57,511 nt of DNA from Phoronis australis (Eukaryota > Animalia > Phoronida), in contig NMRA01000252.1 of the NCBI GenBank assembly GCA_002633005.1, forward strand, positions 172,267 to 229,777. The letters run 5' to 3'. The position numbers and the translations under genes were made by a program. Below the pieces are notes generated by a model. That model saw only the letters and a list, made by a program, of their open reading frames with translations. It was not told the origin of the DNA and did no database searches. Positions 1-13,046 of the stretch are shown piece after piece. Every line of letters begins with the position of its first letter. Within the stretch, counting starts at the first letter, position 1.

Positions 1-2
1 GA

Positions 3-438
3 GCGTGTCGACGATGTGGCCAGTGTTTTAAATACTCCAGTGGAGCAGACGAAGACGGTCATCTGTCACCCTACGTTTACGATCTTGTCGTGGCTCTGTG
101 TGGAAGACGGATTGAAGAGGCCATGGTACGCGTGATTCCAGCTGCCCGGGACCGTATGCTGGATTTGTGCAAAGGATGCGGGAAGCCATTTTTTACTGGT
201 CGCTGTTGTCCACCCGGGAACTGCTGTGGATGCGGCTGTGGCGGATGCGGGGGTGGGTGCGGGGGTGGGTGCAGAGGCGGGTGCGGAGGTGGATGCGGGT
301 GCTGTTCTAGAGGAGGCATCTGCTGTGGTAACGACCCAACAAAGACGCCTGCCTGCTTTGATCCGTGTCCGCCGTGTCCACCGATCGGGACGTACCAAGC
401 GTACATGTCACTACCGTGGATGCCTCGTCTTGGCCCGT
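3..438 (+). CDS. G0: partial exon (5'-truncated by window edge) of a Cys/Gly-rich protein with module A and a (C/G)n + PCPPCPP tail
   Basis: Frame of ORF 90..575 is open from position 3 (ACRRCGQCF...). Module A at 96-200, followed by CCPPGNCCGCGCGGCGGGCGGGC. Strong donor T|GTAAGT at 438/439 (phase 1). Confidence 0.75.
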
Positions 439-638
439 GTAAGTATGACGTAACATACTCTCATCAACTGTTCTCAGTAGTCTCGGAGCCCAAGTCTCTG
501 ACTATTACACTTCACTTCGTCCTAAAGGTGGCAGGCTCCAAAGAAATTCTAAAATCGTTTATCTTCTTTGACTAATAGTATGCATGAAAATTTAAAATGT
601 TCTGCTTTACTGTTATTTAGTTTCTATCCACATAGCAT

Positions 639-858
639 ACGCGCACCCAGCCTTTAATATGGGAGGCTCGAATTTCTGGCGATGTGGACCTTTTGCTGAC
701 AAAAAAGCAGCAGGACTAAAAAAGGGGGGTACCACCTTCAGAACAGTTGTGTGTCTGCGCCTTTTTAGTGGATTTTTGTCTCGTTTTCTCGGGTCTTTTT
801 GTTTCTCTGTGGCCGACTTTTTGCCCTCCGAGCCACCTCTCTGACCTGGGTGCGTGCA
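639..858. mobile_element. Small MITE-like insertion
   Basis: Imperfect inverted ends GCGCACCCAG...GGAGGCTCG and CGAGCCACC...CTGGGTGCGTGC around ~220 bp of non-coding DNA; no clear TSD. Confidence 0.3.
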
Positions 859-1057
859 CGCATACAATGTAACTACGTAAATGGGATCTAGTTGCACTGA
901 AGTTTTCACGCACCAGTAAGACAAATAAAATTTAAGTGTGTGCTTAGTCCGCAACAATGCAGTCAAAAGCTCCTTGTTTCATTTTTCGTGTTTTTATTTG
1001 AAATCGATGTCACCAGTAATGGACGCTATACGCATGTCGAGACGTTTTGTTTTTCAG

Positions 1058-1199
1058 GACCGATCGACACAACCGGACTCAATAGATAAATAACCTCAAC
1101 GCCCGCTGCTGGGGGAAACACCACATTATGTCGGCACCAGGTCAATTTTAATTCAATATTCTTCACTGCAAAATATTTTATCTGGGAAAATTGAATAAA
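1058..1199 (+). other. Possible terminal exon/3'UTR of G0, with the stop codon split by the intron
   Basis: Acceptor TTTTGTTTTTCAG ends at 1057. Phase-1 T (438) + GA (1058-1059) gives TGA. AATAAA at 1194-1199. Confidence 0.4.
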
Positions 1200-1879
1200 A
1201 TCGGTTTGGCATAGCTGTACCCTTTTCCCAAGCCTTCTGGGCGAATGTTGATTAATCATATCCATGAGGCAGCCTGGCATAAGGGGTTACAAGATAGACC
1301 TAACACCCACTTTAACATTATTTCTTCCGGAGAACGGAATCTGACTGTACTTTATATTTAGATCGTGACCGACTTCATATGGAAAGTGCGTCTTGATGGG
1401 TTACTAGGACGATAGCTCGTTAACACAAATTCTTTGAACGATAACAAATACGGTTTCGGCCTATTAACATAAATTAAAAACGACTTTCATAATTATCCAT
1501 TTCACTGATGCTCTGTAGCCATAGACAACCCTCAAACACGTCTGTAGCAAATTTGAAAATCATTACAACATCTTATAAACAGGCAAGCGTGACTTACGCT
1601 AAAGGTGAGTAACACAAGTGCATCGAAAAACCACCCACGGAGATCGATAATATCTTATACGTGACTCAGAATGTATGAATTGTTAGTTGAATCCTGCTTT
1701 TATCAGACAAGTGATGATGCATTAGGAGGTGACAGAACGAGCGTTGTTTGAAGCCACCAGTGGTTTAGTATCCTTTTAACAACAAGACTTTGCGGTACCC
1801 GTACAGTTCACTTTATAGTAAATATATAGACGCTGATGTTGGCAACAGTGAAACATATCAAGTAAAACAGGAAAGTCAG

Positions 1880-1954
1880 GAACCCCAAGTGGGAGTCGAA
1901 CCACAAGCCTTTAGGTTGCCGGTCTAGTGCTCTTACCTCTGAACTACTGAGGAC
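1880..1954 (-). mobile_element. tRNA-derived SINE head or tRNA pseudogene (possibly Cys-like)
   Basis: Minus strand reads CCTCAGTAGTTCAGAGGTAAGAGCACTAGACCGGCAACCTAAAGGCTTGTGGTTCGACTCCCACTTGGGG, with Pol III A-box-like and B-box (GGTTCGACTCC) motifs. Anticodon arm pairs poorly. Confidence 0.6.
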
Positions 1955-2497
1955 CCTACATCTATGCAATTACTATTTGAAGCCAACTGTTATGTCACAT
2001 ACTGGTAAATTGCTGATTATATAATTGTCGAAATCTCGTGTGAAAAAGCGATGCCACTCATGGGATGGATGATACTAACTTTTTTATTTTCAAAAACAAA
2101 TGCGCTTCAAATTTTAATGTGAATTGTCATTACTCCAACATCTGTATTCTAAAAAGACTCAAAATAAAATGCTGCATCTGAAACTATTTTAAAGTTTTCC
2201 AACCCTTAAGAGGCCTCCTCAGTTACCCCTACAGACGGTGAAAACCCACATACGCGCCTCTTAATCAGCACTGGGACTCGGAATAACCACTAAATATATT
2301 CACGACAAATTTTCCATCCAACGCAACCCTTGTGACGTAGAAATCAACATAGGAAAACGTAAGCATTGCATTATTCGTTTATTAGTTTTTGTGTAATTGA
2401 GGAAGCTCAGGGTAAACTGCCCTCGGTGCTGGTTACTCCAACTCGATGGTCGTGCAATAACAGACAAGGCCTTGGTCAGGGGCTTGGACATTGCGAC

Positions 2498-5072
2498 ATG
2501 TTAGCTACACTCAGATCAAAGAACAATTCGGCCCAGTATGATGTAGACGTTACAGAAGCAACAACGGCTGATCACAGAAAAATTCACAAAAAGAAGAAGA
2601 AAAAAGGTAAAAACAAAGAACCAACTGAAGACAAAGTTGAGGAATGTGTCGACGGAGTACAGCAAGACGTGGACATTGTGAAACAGGGTACTAAAAATAG
2701 CAAGAAGAAACACGGCAAAAGTGAAGACACAGAACACAAGGGGAACGAAACGGAATCAAATGTGAAAATGAACTTGGGACCAGCAACTGGTGAAAATGAG
2801 GAACACGAGGACGGAAGGAGAGAAAAGAAAAAGAAGAAGAAAAGGAAAGAGAGAGAAAACTATGAGAAAGAAAGTCCAACCACGTTGGTCAAAGAAACAA
2901 GAAATGACAGTCTCGGAGGTAAGGTCGAGACTAACGAATCCAGAAATAAAAAAGACAGCGAAGTTAAGAAAAAGAAAAAGTCTAAAAATAAACACGGTGA
3001 TGTTGACCAAACAACAAGTGGTGACATCAAAGATAGTGAAACAAATGAAATTGAACTATTTCAAGAAATCGTTAATCACGACGATGATCAAAAAACAAAA
3101 CCAGGGGGCGTTAAAGAAGACAAAACAAACAAGAGTGTTGACAAAATCCAGACATCTGAAAATTTGCATGATACATTGGTTACCAAAGGGAGTGAAGAAA
3201 TTACGAAAAGTGAAATTCCCGTTGGAGCGATAGGAAATGAGGTTGCAGAAACCACTAGCAGCAGCAAGAAAGAAAACAAGAAAAAAGGAAGGTCTAAACA
3301 AAAATCTCAACAAAACACAAATCTTGAAAACGGCACATCTCCTACTGAGGGAAAACCCCACAAAGAAAGCCTCAAGCGGAAAGAGAATGCAGAGACGACA
3401 AAGAAAAATATAAGCGATAGAAATGATACGGGAAAAAACAGCTCCAAGCCGAAAAAGCATCGCCATAAAAGTGGTGGGCATCAAGACGAAAAGGAGACAA
3501 GTTCAGCCTACAATGAGAGAAATTTAAAAGAACGAAGTTTTGAAAATATCGCAACTATTGAGTCAGGTGAGAATGTAGCAGGCGATGAGCATGAGCAGAC
3601 TAAACGACGTAAGAGCAGACGCAAGTCTAAAAACCGTCACGAAAAAAGTGGTGGAAAAGATAAAGAGGAAATGGCAGTGTCAGCTAGTCAAGAAAAGGTT
3701 GTCAAACCACAAAGTTTTCAAAGTGCAATAAATCTCGAAGCGGGTAGCGCCACTGGGTACAATACGACAGGCGATAAACACGAGGAAACCAAAAGGGACA
3801 GAAAAAGCTCTCAGACTAGAAATACACGCCATAAAAATGTTGACAATGTTGAGGATAAGGATGCGATTTCAGCTAGTTATGAAAAAAATATCAAAAAAAC
3901 GAAAAATGCCGCAACGATCGAAGCAGATGAGACGACAGCATCCAAGACAAAAATGCACCGCGATAAAAGTGGAGGAAATGAATATGAAAAGAAAGGAATT
4001 TTAGCTATCCATGGGAAGAGTCTGAAACAAAGCTATAAGCATGCCACGGGCAGCAAGACAGAAAGCGATGACTTAACAGAATTCAAAGATCACAAAAAAC
4101 ATACACGAAAATGTTCCAATGCGCCCTCTGACAAAAGCAATGATAATCAATACAGCAACGGGAAAGAACTGGAACGAGACAGTCGTAAAAACATAAATTA
4201 TGTCAGAAAACACAGAAGAGAGCATTCAGACCGCATTGGAGATGCTAATGATTTTGACGAATTCCTCAAGCCATCTGAACAAACCAGTGACGGTGACCTA
4301 TATAACCTTGTACAAGAAGACGACGTTCCAGCCAGTGAAAACGAATCGGACGATGATCAGGACTTCGGTGAACTACTAATAAGCAACGATAACGCTTCAT
4401 CTGTAGTTGGACTGCTTGGCGAAATCGAACAAAGACAAAAAATAGAGATTCCACCGAATGCAAGTAAACCAGGCATTCTGAGAAAAACAATTGGGGAGAA
4501 ACAAAAAGAGCAAATGGAAAGGAGGTCTTCGGAGGGAGAAAAAAATTCCCCACCGGATTTCTTAAAGGTTCCAAGCATGAAAGAAATAATGAAAGATAAA
4601 AAGAAACAGCGGAAGGGAGCAAAGGAAGCTAAACGATTACAGAAAAAGTCAGCAGCCATGAAAGGTGAAGACAGTGACCAGTCCAATCAATCACATACTG
4701 GTGAAATCGAAGAAGATGACTATGAACAACATTTGCACTTCCACAATTATTTGGGAAAACGGGAACCTGGTACCAGAGAACATCCTACAGACGGTACCGA
4801 CGCATCCCGAGATACCAATGAATTCAAACGCCTTGCAGCGAAATTCGAAGTATTGAGCAACAAAGAAGAAGGTGACCAATCGAGCTCGACGATGAGATCA
4901 ACCACAAGTGACACAACATCCTATCCATTTCAGGAAAGTTCTTCTTTTGCAAATGAACAGCTAAGAAAGGAACTATCACAACTTCGAAGGAGGATTTACT
5001 CGCTTGAACATTTTGAAAACAAACCACTTGTTAAACCAGGAAGTCATTTCATAACTCGAGTTGGAAGCATGG
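2498..5072 (+). CDS. G1 exon 1: very long Lys/Glu/Ser-rich low-complexity region ending in a short predicted coiled coil
   Basis: 909-codon ORF 2366..5095; first in-frame ATG at 2498. Poly-K tracts; EQLRKELSQLRRRIYSLE at 4955-5008. Putative GC donor G|GCAAGT at 5072/5073 (phase 1). Confidence 0.8.
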
Positions 5073-5474
5073 GCAAGTGTTTTTATTTCTGTTAAGTTTT
5101 GGTCGTTTTCATGGTAGACTATATTTGTGTGTTTAGCCTTTTCTTGCGTCTAGTGTTACTCCGTGTTTGTTGTTGAAATACAAGTGACAATGTAAAGTAG
5201 ATGAATACGGACACTTGTTAAAAACTACCAATATGAAATGTGTACCAACCAATTGATTTGATGGGCCCAGGAGGCGGAAATTGTTGGTCTTTTTGTGGAA
5301 AATGAAGGTCTGATTGTTGACCATCCGCGGGTCAGAAATGTGAAGCTCTCAGCTAGATGTCTATAATTCCATTGTTTATTCCCTTCTCGGCTCGTTGATT
5401 ACAAAACTGTTATGTGAACGGAAAGGAACGACTCTGAGCTTCTGTGTCATTAGAGATGTGCATTTCTTTTCTAG

Positions 5475-7117
5475 CTCCTTCCTGGGTAAATGAAATAGCT
5501 AAAAAGGCCAGACCTGTAATTAATCCTTTTACGATGAACTATCAGCCATTAACTCCGGAAACAGCGCAAAAATATCCAAGCCTGTCCAAATGCGGCCAAT
5601 GCAAAATTTGCAATAAGGAGATAACTGACTTTCGTGACGTGATCAACTGTAAACGGTGCAGTAAACCAATTCCGCAAGGACAGGTGAACGAAATGAAAAT
5701 CGGTCAAGATGACCATAATTCTAAAAGCAACTCGCCATTTGATCCACGATTCTACTTCCATGAACCAGATATTGCGTATGGAAAAGTTGCTGATGACCAA
5801 GAGAAATCAAGAGAAACCAACTATGGACACGGTGACCTTGGTATTGGAGAGTTTATGGGACCCGATGGGAAGATGAGGCAATGCTTGGTTTGCTTTGACG
5901 TGCATCTGCTTCCCGTCTCGGAGAGTGAAACCTTTGATGACACAAATACCTCAGCTGAAGACAGTACCAATACCCTAAGTGAGTTGTTTCAAAACAGAAA
6001 TCAACATGAAAACACTGTGCCTACGAAGCAAAAGCCTTCGGAAAACAAGTTTCAACTTCAAGGGGAGCCAATTCACATTCTTCGCGAGAAGCGGGGCTGC
6101 GGTGGTTGTGGTGGGAATTGTGCTTGCGCAAGAAATGCTGCTGCGAAATACAGAAAGTTGGGTAGTAATGTGCCTAATGCTGGGCCGTCGCTGACACCGA
6201 AAGATATTTATTCTGACGACCGCACTGTTGTGCGTTCAGAGCAACCTGCCTATAACAAGCATACTGTCCAAAGAAAAAACCCAATTTCTTCATTGAACGA
6301 CAGGACGCTCGCAAACAATAAGGCGATGAACCACCTGCAAAGTGGTCTTAGAGATCAGTTATATGCCAGTTATGCAACCGCCAATAACTCCGCAAGGAAC
6401 TCATCTTACTATTTTGTACCTCAGCCACAAAATGTTCACTTCCCCACGAGCACCGCCGATTCGTCACGAAGCTCATCTGATTCAGAGAGCAGTTCAGAAA
6501 CTGACAGTGACTCCATTAGGAACTGGTTAGAGCTACTGAGAAACAACAAGGATAATTGGCATCCCGATTCACCGATTGCCAATAATGTTTACAAAGAAAG
6601 ACGTTTAAGAGGTTTTTCAGACAATACATCTCCACAGCCATCAAGTTCTCGTTCTCGCAAACCTGTTTATAAACCCGGGTCAAGCAGCAAGCGTGTTCCG
6701 TATAACTCATCACTTAAAGCAAAGAACAACAACGCGAACTTGCAAGATTCTGTCGGAAAACTGTCCACTTCTTTGTGCAGGCAACGTGTAATGCAAGCAA
6801 TGCATTGGATATTGCCAGCAACCAAAAACGGCAAGCTGGCTATATGTAAGAAATGTTCCAAACCTGTGTTTTCTGGGGAGCTTATATGCTCCTCGGAAAA
6901 CAAGGTCACAATGAGATATCCAAAATGCCGGTGTTCGAAAAGTGCCGTTGCATACACGGTTGATATCCACGAAGAGACGTCCACTTTGTTGGATTCCCTG
7001 AACAAACAGGTTAGCAAAAAGGCATCGAAGAAACTGCACAATGAAGTGCCCCCAGCTTCTAGTAAACAGATTGTTCACAAAACCCTGAGTAACATGGTTG
7101 ACAGAGAATTTATCAAG
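5475..7117 (+). CDS. G1 exon 2: module B (N-terminal), Ser-rich linker, module A (C-terminal)
   Basis: ORF 5444..7132. Acceptor CATTTCTTTTCTAG ends at 5474 (phase 1, matching the exon 1 donor); donor AAG|GTAATT at 7117/7118 (phase 0). Clear similarity to G2 exon 2 (module B) and to G0/G3/G4 (module A). Confidence 0.85.
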
Positions 7118-7790
7118 GTAATTATCATTTGAGTTATTGAGCCAGCTGTGCGCGAAAAAATATCACCAAAACCGGCTTCAAAGCAGACTTTCGTCACAAA
7201 AACATTTGCCTCTTATCGTCATGAAAGTGGCCTAAAAATGTGTGAAACGTCGGTTATTGCTTGAGACCATGTTGCGTTCATTGTATGTTGGTTCGTCACG
7301 ACGTATCATGTTATGCACCCAGCATGCTTTCAAGAAACAACGAACTGTAGGTTGTTTGCACACTCAGAAACATTTTTTCATCTGAGTAAGGAACAAATTG
7401 AAATGCATTTTACAGGGGTAAGAGGCCTAGCTCTAAACTTTGTTTGTTGGTCGGAACGCAGGTTTATGGCTGCTTTGAGCTGCGTAGTGATGGTAACAGA
7501 CTAAACAGGACTTAGTAATGGGCTTACGTTTGAACTGATTATTCGACATTAGAATTATCCACCCAAAGTCTTCGCAGAACTGGAAAACGTGCGCCCTTTT
7601 TATATTAACTTCTTTAGTGCTAGGTCCGCCACCACCAGCTAACGACAAAAAAATCTCGGCGCGAATAAAATACACACAGTACTTGAGCTCAAAATCAAGA
7701 ACATTTTTCTGCCCAAAGAAACTAAGATAAGATCAAGTTTGAGTTTCGACATTCAACCTTTGGGCCCTGAGATTTGATTACCTTTTGTAG

Positions 7791-7877
7791 GTGGCTCAGA
7801 ATAGCGACACTACTTCCGGTCGAATGATGGTGGACATTGTGCTAGACCTCATGACTCATGGCCGAGCACAGACGTAG
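7791..7877 (+). CDS. G1 putative terminal exon (VAQNSDTTSGRMMVDIVLDLMTHGRAQT*)
   Basis: Acceptor CCTTTTGTAG ends at 7790. Phase-0 reading gives 28 codons then TAG; AATAAA at 8010-8015. Spliced G1 would be ~1434 aa from ATG 2498. Confidence 0.5.
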   Translation: MAQNSDTTSGRMMVDIVLDLMTHGRAQT

Positions 7878-10800
7878 GAGTGAAGAGGCACGAGAGAGTG
7901 TTTAGACATAATCATCCTCATGGCCGAGCACTGGCAGGGTAAACGGGCACTGAAGAGCTTCTGAAAATAATAATTCCCTCGTGTTGTCACAACTTGTGAA
8001 TCATGTACTAATAAAATTTACATACAACAGATTTTATAAAAACCACACGCGTGTTGCAACGTTTGTAGCAGACACACGAACTGAAATAACAAATCTCTCG
8101 AGTGACCCATACCCTTTTGTGAGATATTTTAGGTGACTTTATACAGATAGACAGTAGCATTTACACTACCTATGAATAAATGTATTGGAGTACGCCAGGT
8201 TTGGCAGTAGGTTTGCATTGCCAATAGTTCATGTGGATCCGATTTGCTTGTATTTGTGAACATGTTGTGAATGAGCGGCTGCAGATACACTTTCTTTAAA
8301 AGGGCGGCCCCTTGAATATTGTTGCTTGGTGCTCAGCAATTGCGTAATCTGTTACGACTTCAGTATGTGTTGAATCAGCCCAGAATTGAAAAAATGTGAC
8401 AGCACTTTGGACCACATTTGTAGAATTGTAGTATTAATAGTGAATTTGCGACTGGAATGCACTTGCATGGCTAGTGGCGAGCATCATCAGGGGAGTGGTG
8501 GTGTTGGGATGAAAACTGACAATTTTTGCTGCCTTTCTTCGAAGCCAGCTTCCTTTTCCGAGACACAATAAAGTTTCTGTGGTCATGTGTATCGCTTCTG
8601 AGGTGAAACAACTCACAACTTTTCATCTTGTTCGTAGTTTTCCAAAAGGTTAGAGGTTCAGCAAGTTCTGTGACGTGTGTACTGACAGGGAAACTCAGTG
8701 AGAATTTGACGTAACGGAGCTGGCCGCGAAAGGTTTCATTGCTTTTCCCTGTTTTCCAGTGGTCTTAGTTCTAACCTAGTGATGCAGTTATCAAACCAAC
8801 TAGAATCCCATTGTTTTGTCATTTTGTCCACAATGATGTCATCAAACGAGACTGTTGCGGCACGACTGCTGATAACTTAATGATTTTTCGGTAAAATTAG
8901 TCAACAAACTCGTCATTTACAAGTGCCGTCCTTCCTACGCAACGGCCTGTGTGTGGGAATAGCTGTCCTCTCACTTCAACACAAATCAATTTAAGCCCAA
9001 ATACTGTAGATTACGATCCCCATAAAGTACATGTATGTGTTAATAAAGAGGTAATTAGGGTCTATACTGTAATGTTGGTGCGTGACTTCCGTGAAGAATT
9101 CCGCCAAACGCACCGTGGCTTTCAAATTACAATGGTTGTCTGCGCGCATTTCCCGTAATCCATAAAATAAACACCTAGCGTTGGAAATAATAGCAGAGTC
9201 GTAAAAAAAGAAATATCCACCCACAATTTTAATTAAAATATCTTCCTTTACCTGTACATGTATAACTCCACTGTTCAAAAAGGTCAATCTTGTTTTAGTG
9301 TTCTTCCCCGGAAGGCAAGCAATGGTTTGCATATCTAATTAAAACAAAACTAAAGAAATGACAAAATTAAGAGCATTCACGATAACTTCATTCAGTGTCG
9401 TGTTCATTTCACAAACACGAAACTTCCACTGAGAACTACATTCTCGATTAAGCAACGAATGCAACTGTCAAATATACATTTATGCTCGGAATATGTCCCG
9501 AAAATAATAGGTGCGTCGCAAGCTCCGTTTCCAGAGATACAAAGGAGACCGTGTATAGGCGTCATTTATTATGACTGATAAGGTACAGAAATATGAGTGT
9601 ACAAATAACATAAAGATAAAATAATAATCTCTGGAAAGATGGGCAATAAAAAGCGCCCCCAGAGTAGAGGGTGGTAGAGGGTGGGAAAAATGAAGAGAGA
9701 TTAGCTCGAACCTAAGTGCTGCAAAGCGAAGTACAGATGGCAGGAAATATAACTTTCTTGAGAACAAAGGAGCCCTATGACACGAGACAATCATCAGCCT
9801 ATGGGAGCCAGGAGCTGACCAAACTCGTGGCAGTAATACAAACGAACCAATAGTGAGGCTGGAAATGGAATGTCCTAGTGCCTTGAGAGCAGGAGGACCG
9901 CATGCGAATCTACACAAGGGGTTATTGGACCAGTCCGAAAGAAGGGGGTATAAGAGGGACGAGTCCATATTCTCGCATAAATATATTTAACGAGTGAAAT
10001 GTCATGTATCTATCTTGCAGTTGCAATGGTTTACAATTTGGTTTATAAAAGTCAATGTTTATTCGCGGAAGAGATTTTGCTTAATTTTTACCGCAGCACC
10101 ACGACATACATTGTAGCACTCGTCATATACTGTCAGTCGTTTTCAAACTTCTGTAACGCTTGGGATGTGTTTTGAGAAAAGTGACTTAAGACAGCAATTT
10201 GGTCTTACACTCCCCGGTTACAGTTACTGAATAAAGGTTTAGACATACAATGATTAGCACATCACAGCCTAGAAACAATTTAAAGCAATCATCTATGTAA
10301 ATGAAGTTTATTATTTGAAATTTTGCTGGCGTGAGAATTAATATTTTGTAGTAATTGTGTGAAGCTTGAGACTACGTTTGTGACTTGGGCCACTTTTAAT
10401 GAAATCAAAGCCAGGGGGCGCTGACTTAATTTAACCTGAAATAGACCTTGAAAATATTCTTAACACGTCCAGTTCTATTTTGATGTGAACCCAAGATAAG
10501 TTGCTATTATTCTGTGCTCGGGTGTGTTATGACAAGACTGACTGTGCAGTTCTGTTCTGCACCCGACGACCCCAGCATTGAAGCTTTTTTGGGTCTGAAC
10601 TCGAAATTTTGAGTTTTTAATCCACATTGTACTTCGAATCTAGGGTAAACAAGTGCAAATTTGGACCACACATTATTTTGCGTTGTCCAAAATATATTTA
10701 AGCAGAGAAGAATAGATATGCATTATTATCTTGAGTTCGTATTAAAGGAAAACAGACAACGCCAAATATATTTTCCAGTTCGATTTAAATCCAAGGCTCT

Positions 10801-11256
10801 GGTGTCGTCTTGATATCCTGAGGCAAGCTTTAGGACATTTTGAGCCCACACATATCATACACCCATCCCTTCCAAAGGAAATACAGGAAAGAATTATTTT
10901 CCACATCATACTTCGCCAATTGAATGAGTGCTGATTTCCATAGAATGTGGTCAGTTAAGCCGTCACTCAAAATCCTGGCGATATGTCAATTGTCTGATTG
11001 ATTTGATCAATGTTTGAATGCATGTTCAGATCTCCAAAAACGTATCATATTTGGTTTGGTTTGACGTCATGAATAATAACTGTAGCTATGAATGGCATTG
11101 ATAATAAATGAGATTTTCCCGATTCAGATTAGAAGTACCAAATGATGTAAGTTCTTAATGACACAATGCTCCTTGACAGCTTATTTCACTAAGGAGTTTT
11201 CTGAAAACTGACCCAGTTTTACAACTTACAGGTACATATTCAAAATTGGGTTAGGC

Positions 11257-11430
11257 GAGTGAGGATTAAGCCACCACCAGCAATCTAAGGTTGCACGTCG
11301 GAGTGAGGATTGAGTCGCCACCAGCAATCTAAGGTTGCATCTCGGAGTGAGGATTAAGCCGCCATCAGTAATCTAAGGTTGCATCTCGGAGTGAGGATTA
11401 AGCCGCCACCAGCAATCTATGGTTGCATCT
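11257..11430. repeat. Minisatellite, 44-bp unit x4
   Basis: GAGTGAGGATTAAGCCRCCACCAGCAATCTAAGGTTGCATCTCG-like units start at 11257, 11301, 11345 and 11389. Confidence 0.95.
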
Positions 11431-13046
11431 GGCGACTTGAATCAGAAGAGGCAAGGAGTCTTTCAGTGGTTTGTTTTCAACTCAGTAGGCCCAGCCTACT
11501 TGCGTCAAATGATCCGTCATGTACATTTTATTTACAGCAAGTGTTTGTTTACGTGTCAGAAAAAAAGGACAGCATACTCAACCGATGGCCAATTATAAAC
11601 ACATCCTTAAGAAATTGACGTTTCAATCGGATTTTGATGGACCTTGAACGTAGCCACTTTCCATAGGTGACCTGCTTGTCGATTTAAAATAACTACTACT
11701 CAGCTTAGACCCATGTTGATGAAATTATGGCAAAACAAATTCGCTCTAAATTTATTATGACAAAAAATTAAAATTGACGTCTTTTAGCCCCAAACCACTA
11801 CTTCCCTGCCACTTTTAGAGATAAGCCAACACAACACTAGATTGTGAAAGCAAACTTCTTGCAGATTCCAAAATTGTGGTCCATAATGCCAACCAAACAG
11901 ATTGTTTTAGCAATTCTGGTGTGAGGCCTTCTTTAACTCGCAGTAGACTTTTTGTAGCTACACAGAGCTGCAACAATGGGACATGGCGTCGCCATTTTGA
12001 TTAAAAGTGTAATTACATCCGAACTAGTCGACTTTTTCTCATTCTCAAAATGTTCACAAATACAAACAAACCGGATTCACTGAAGCTACTAGTAATGCCT
12101 ACATTTAAACTGTCGCCAAACTTGACCAACCCCAAATATTTAATATCTAGTGTAAATTGAACGTGGCTGCAGTTGAACTGTAACGCTTAATTGGGATACT
12201 TTCTAATCATGACTCAATAAGGCAGAACGTTCATGTATTGTTCACTTTGGTAAAGCGGAAAACGTGAGAAAAGTGCAGTTCATTGTTCTCGTGCAAAAAC
12301 TAAAATTCAAGGTAATACATTTAAAAGATGTCGTCTTATAACAAACTTTTGTTTGTTTATAAAGTTTTGGTGTGCATTACACTTTAAAAGTTTAACGATT
12401 GTCAAAACTCGTGCTTGTATCATTTTTAGACATTGCTGCATTCGTCAAATGCCAATGGTAAAGCTGAGATGGAGCAACTGAGCATCAGATATCATTTTAG
12501 AATATAGGTGGACATGCATGCAATTTGTGTGTGGTACCATGGAGAGCTTGTTGAATAATAGTTTAACAGGCTTGTGTAAAGTGAGGTAAAAAACGCTAAA
12601 TAATGACAGCACTCCCATACTGTGGGCAACGAATGTTTTATTTGTTGTTCCAGTTGAATCAAACAAAGTTGCGAAATGCATAACTTGTGAACTGGGTATA
12701 TTCAATGTTTATCAGGGGCTAGATTAACTGATATGGACTGGCTTCTCACCTGCATGCTTTTTTAACAAAATGAGATCTTCAAGCACAGAAACTGAATCGG
12801 GGACAACAACGAATGTTATAAACTGGCCTCGTTTTTAAGAATTAAATGTATTAGTTAAATGTTGATATCCCGTGCGATGTTTTCCAACATGTTTATGGCG
12901 ACATCAATTGCCAGTTTGGTGATCCTGGGCGTTCCGGCAATAATGTGTGACGTTGTACGATTGAAGTGTACGTCACCTGAAGCCTGAACGTGTGTCGTCT
13001 ATATAACTACAAGGTGAAACGTGGTTCAGAAATATCTTATACACAA

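Noticed and set aside
66-453. Pro/His-rich and Ala/Pro-rich ORFs 66..398, 77..406 and 226..453
   Set aside because: Alternative-frame or antisense shadows of the GGC/TGC-rich G0 tail; only the + frame carries module A.
1880-1954. Functional tRNA gene
   Set aside because: Anticodon and acceptor stems pair poorly and no clear poly-T terminator follows immediately; better explained as a SINE head or pseudogene. tRNAscan-SE would decide.
2516-5027. Phe/Leu/Ser-rich minus-strand ORFs opposite G1 (and similar ones opposite G2-G4)
   Set aside because: Expected antisense products of A-rich Lys/Glu codons; they look hydrophobic but have no independent support.
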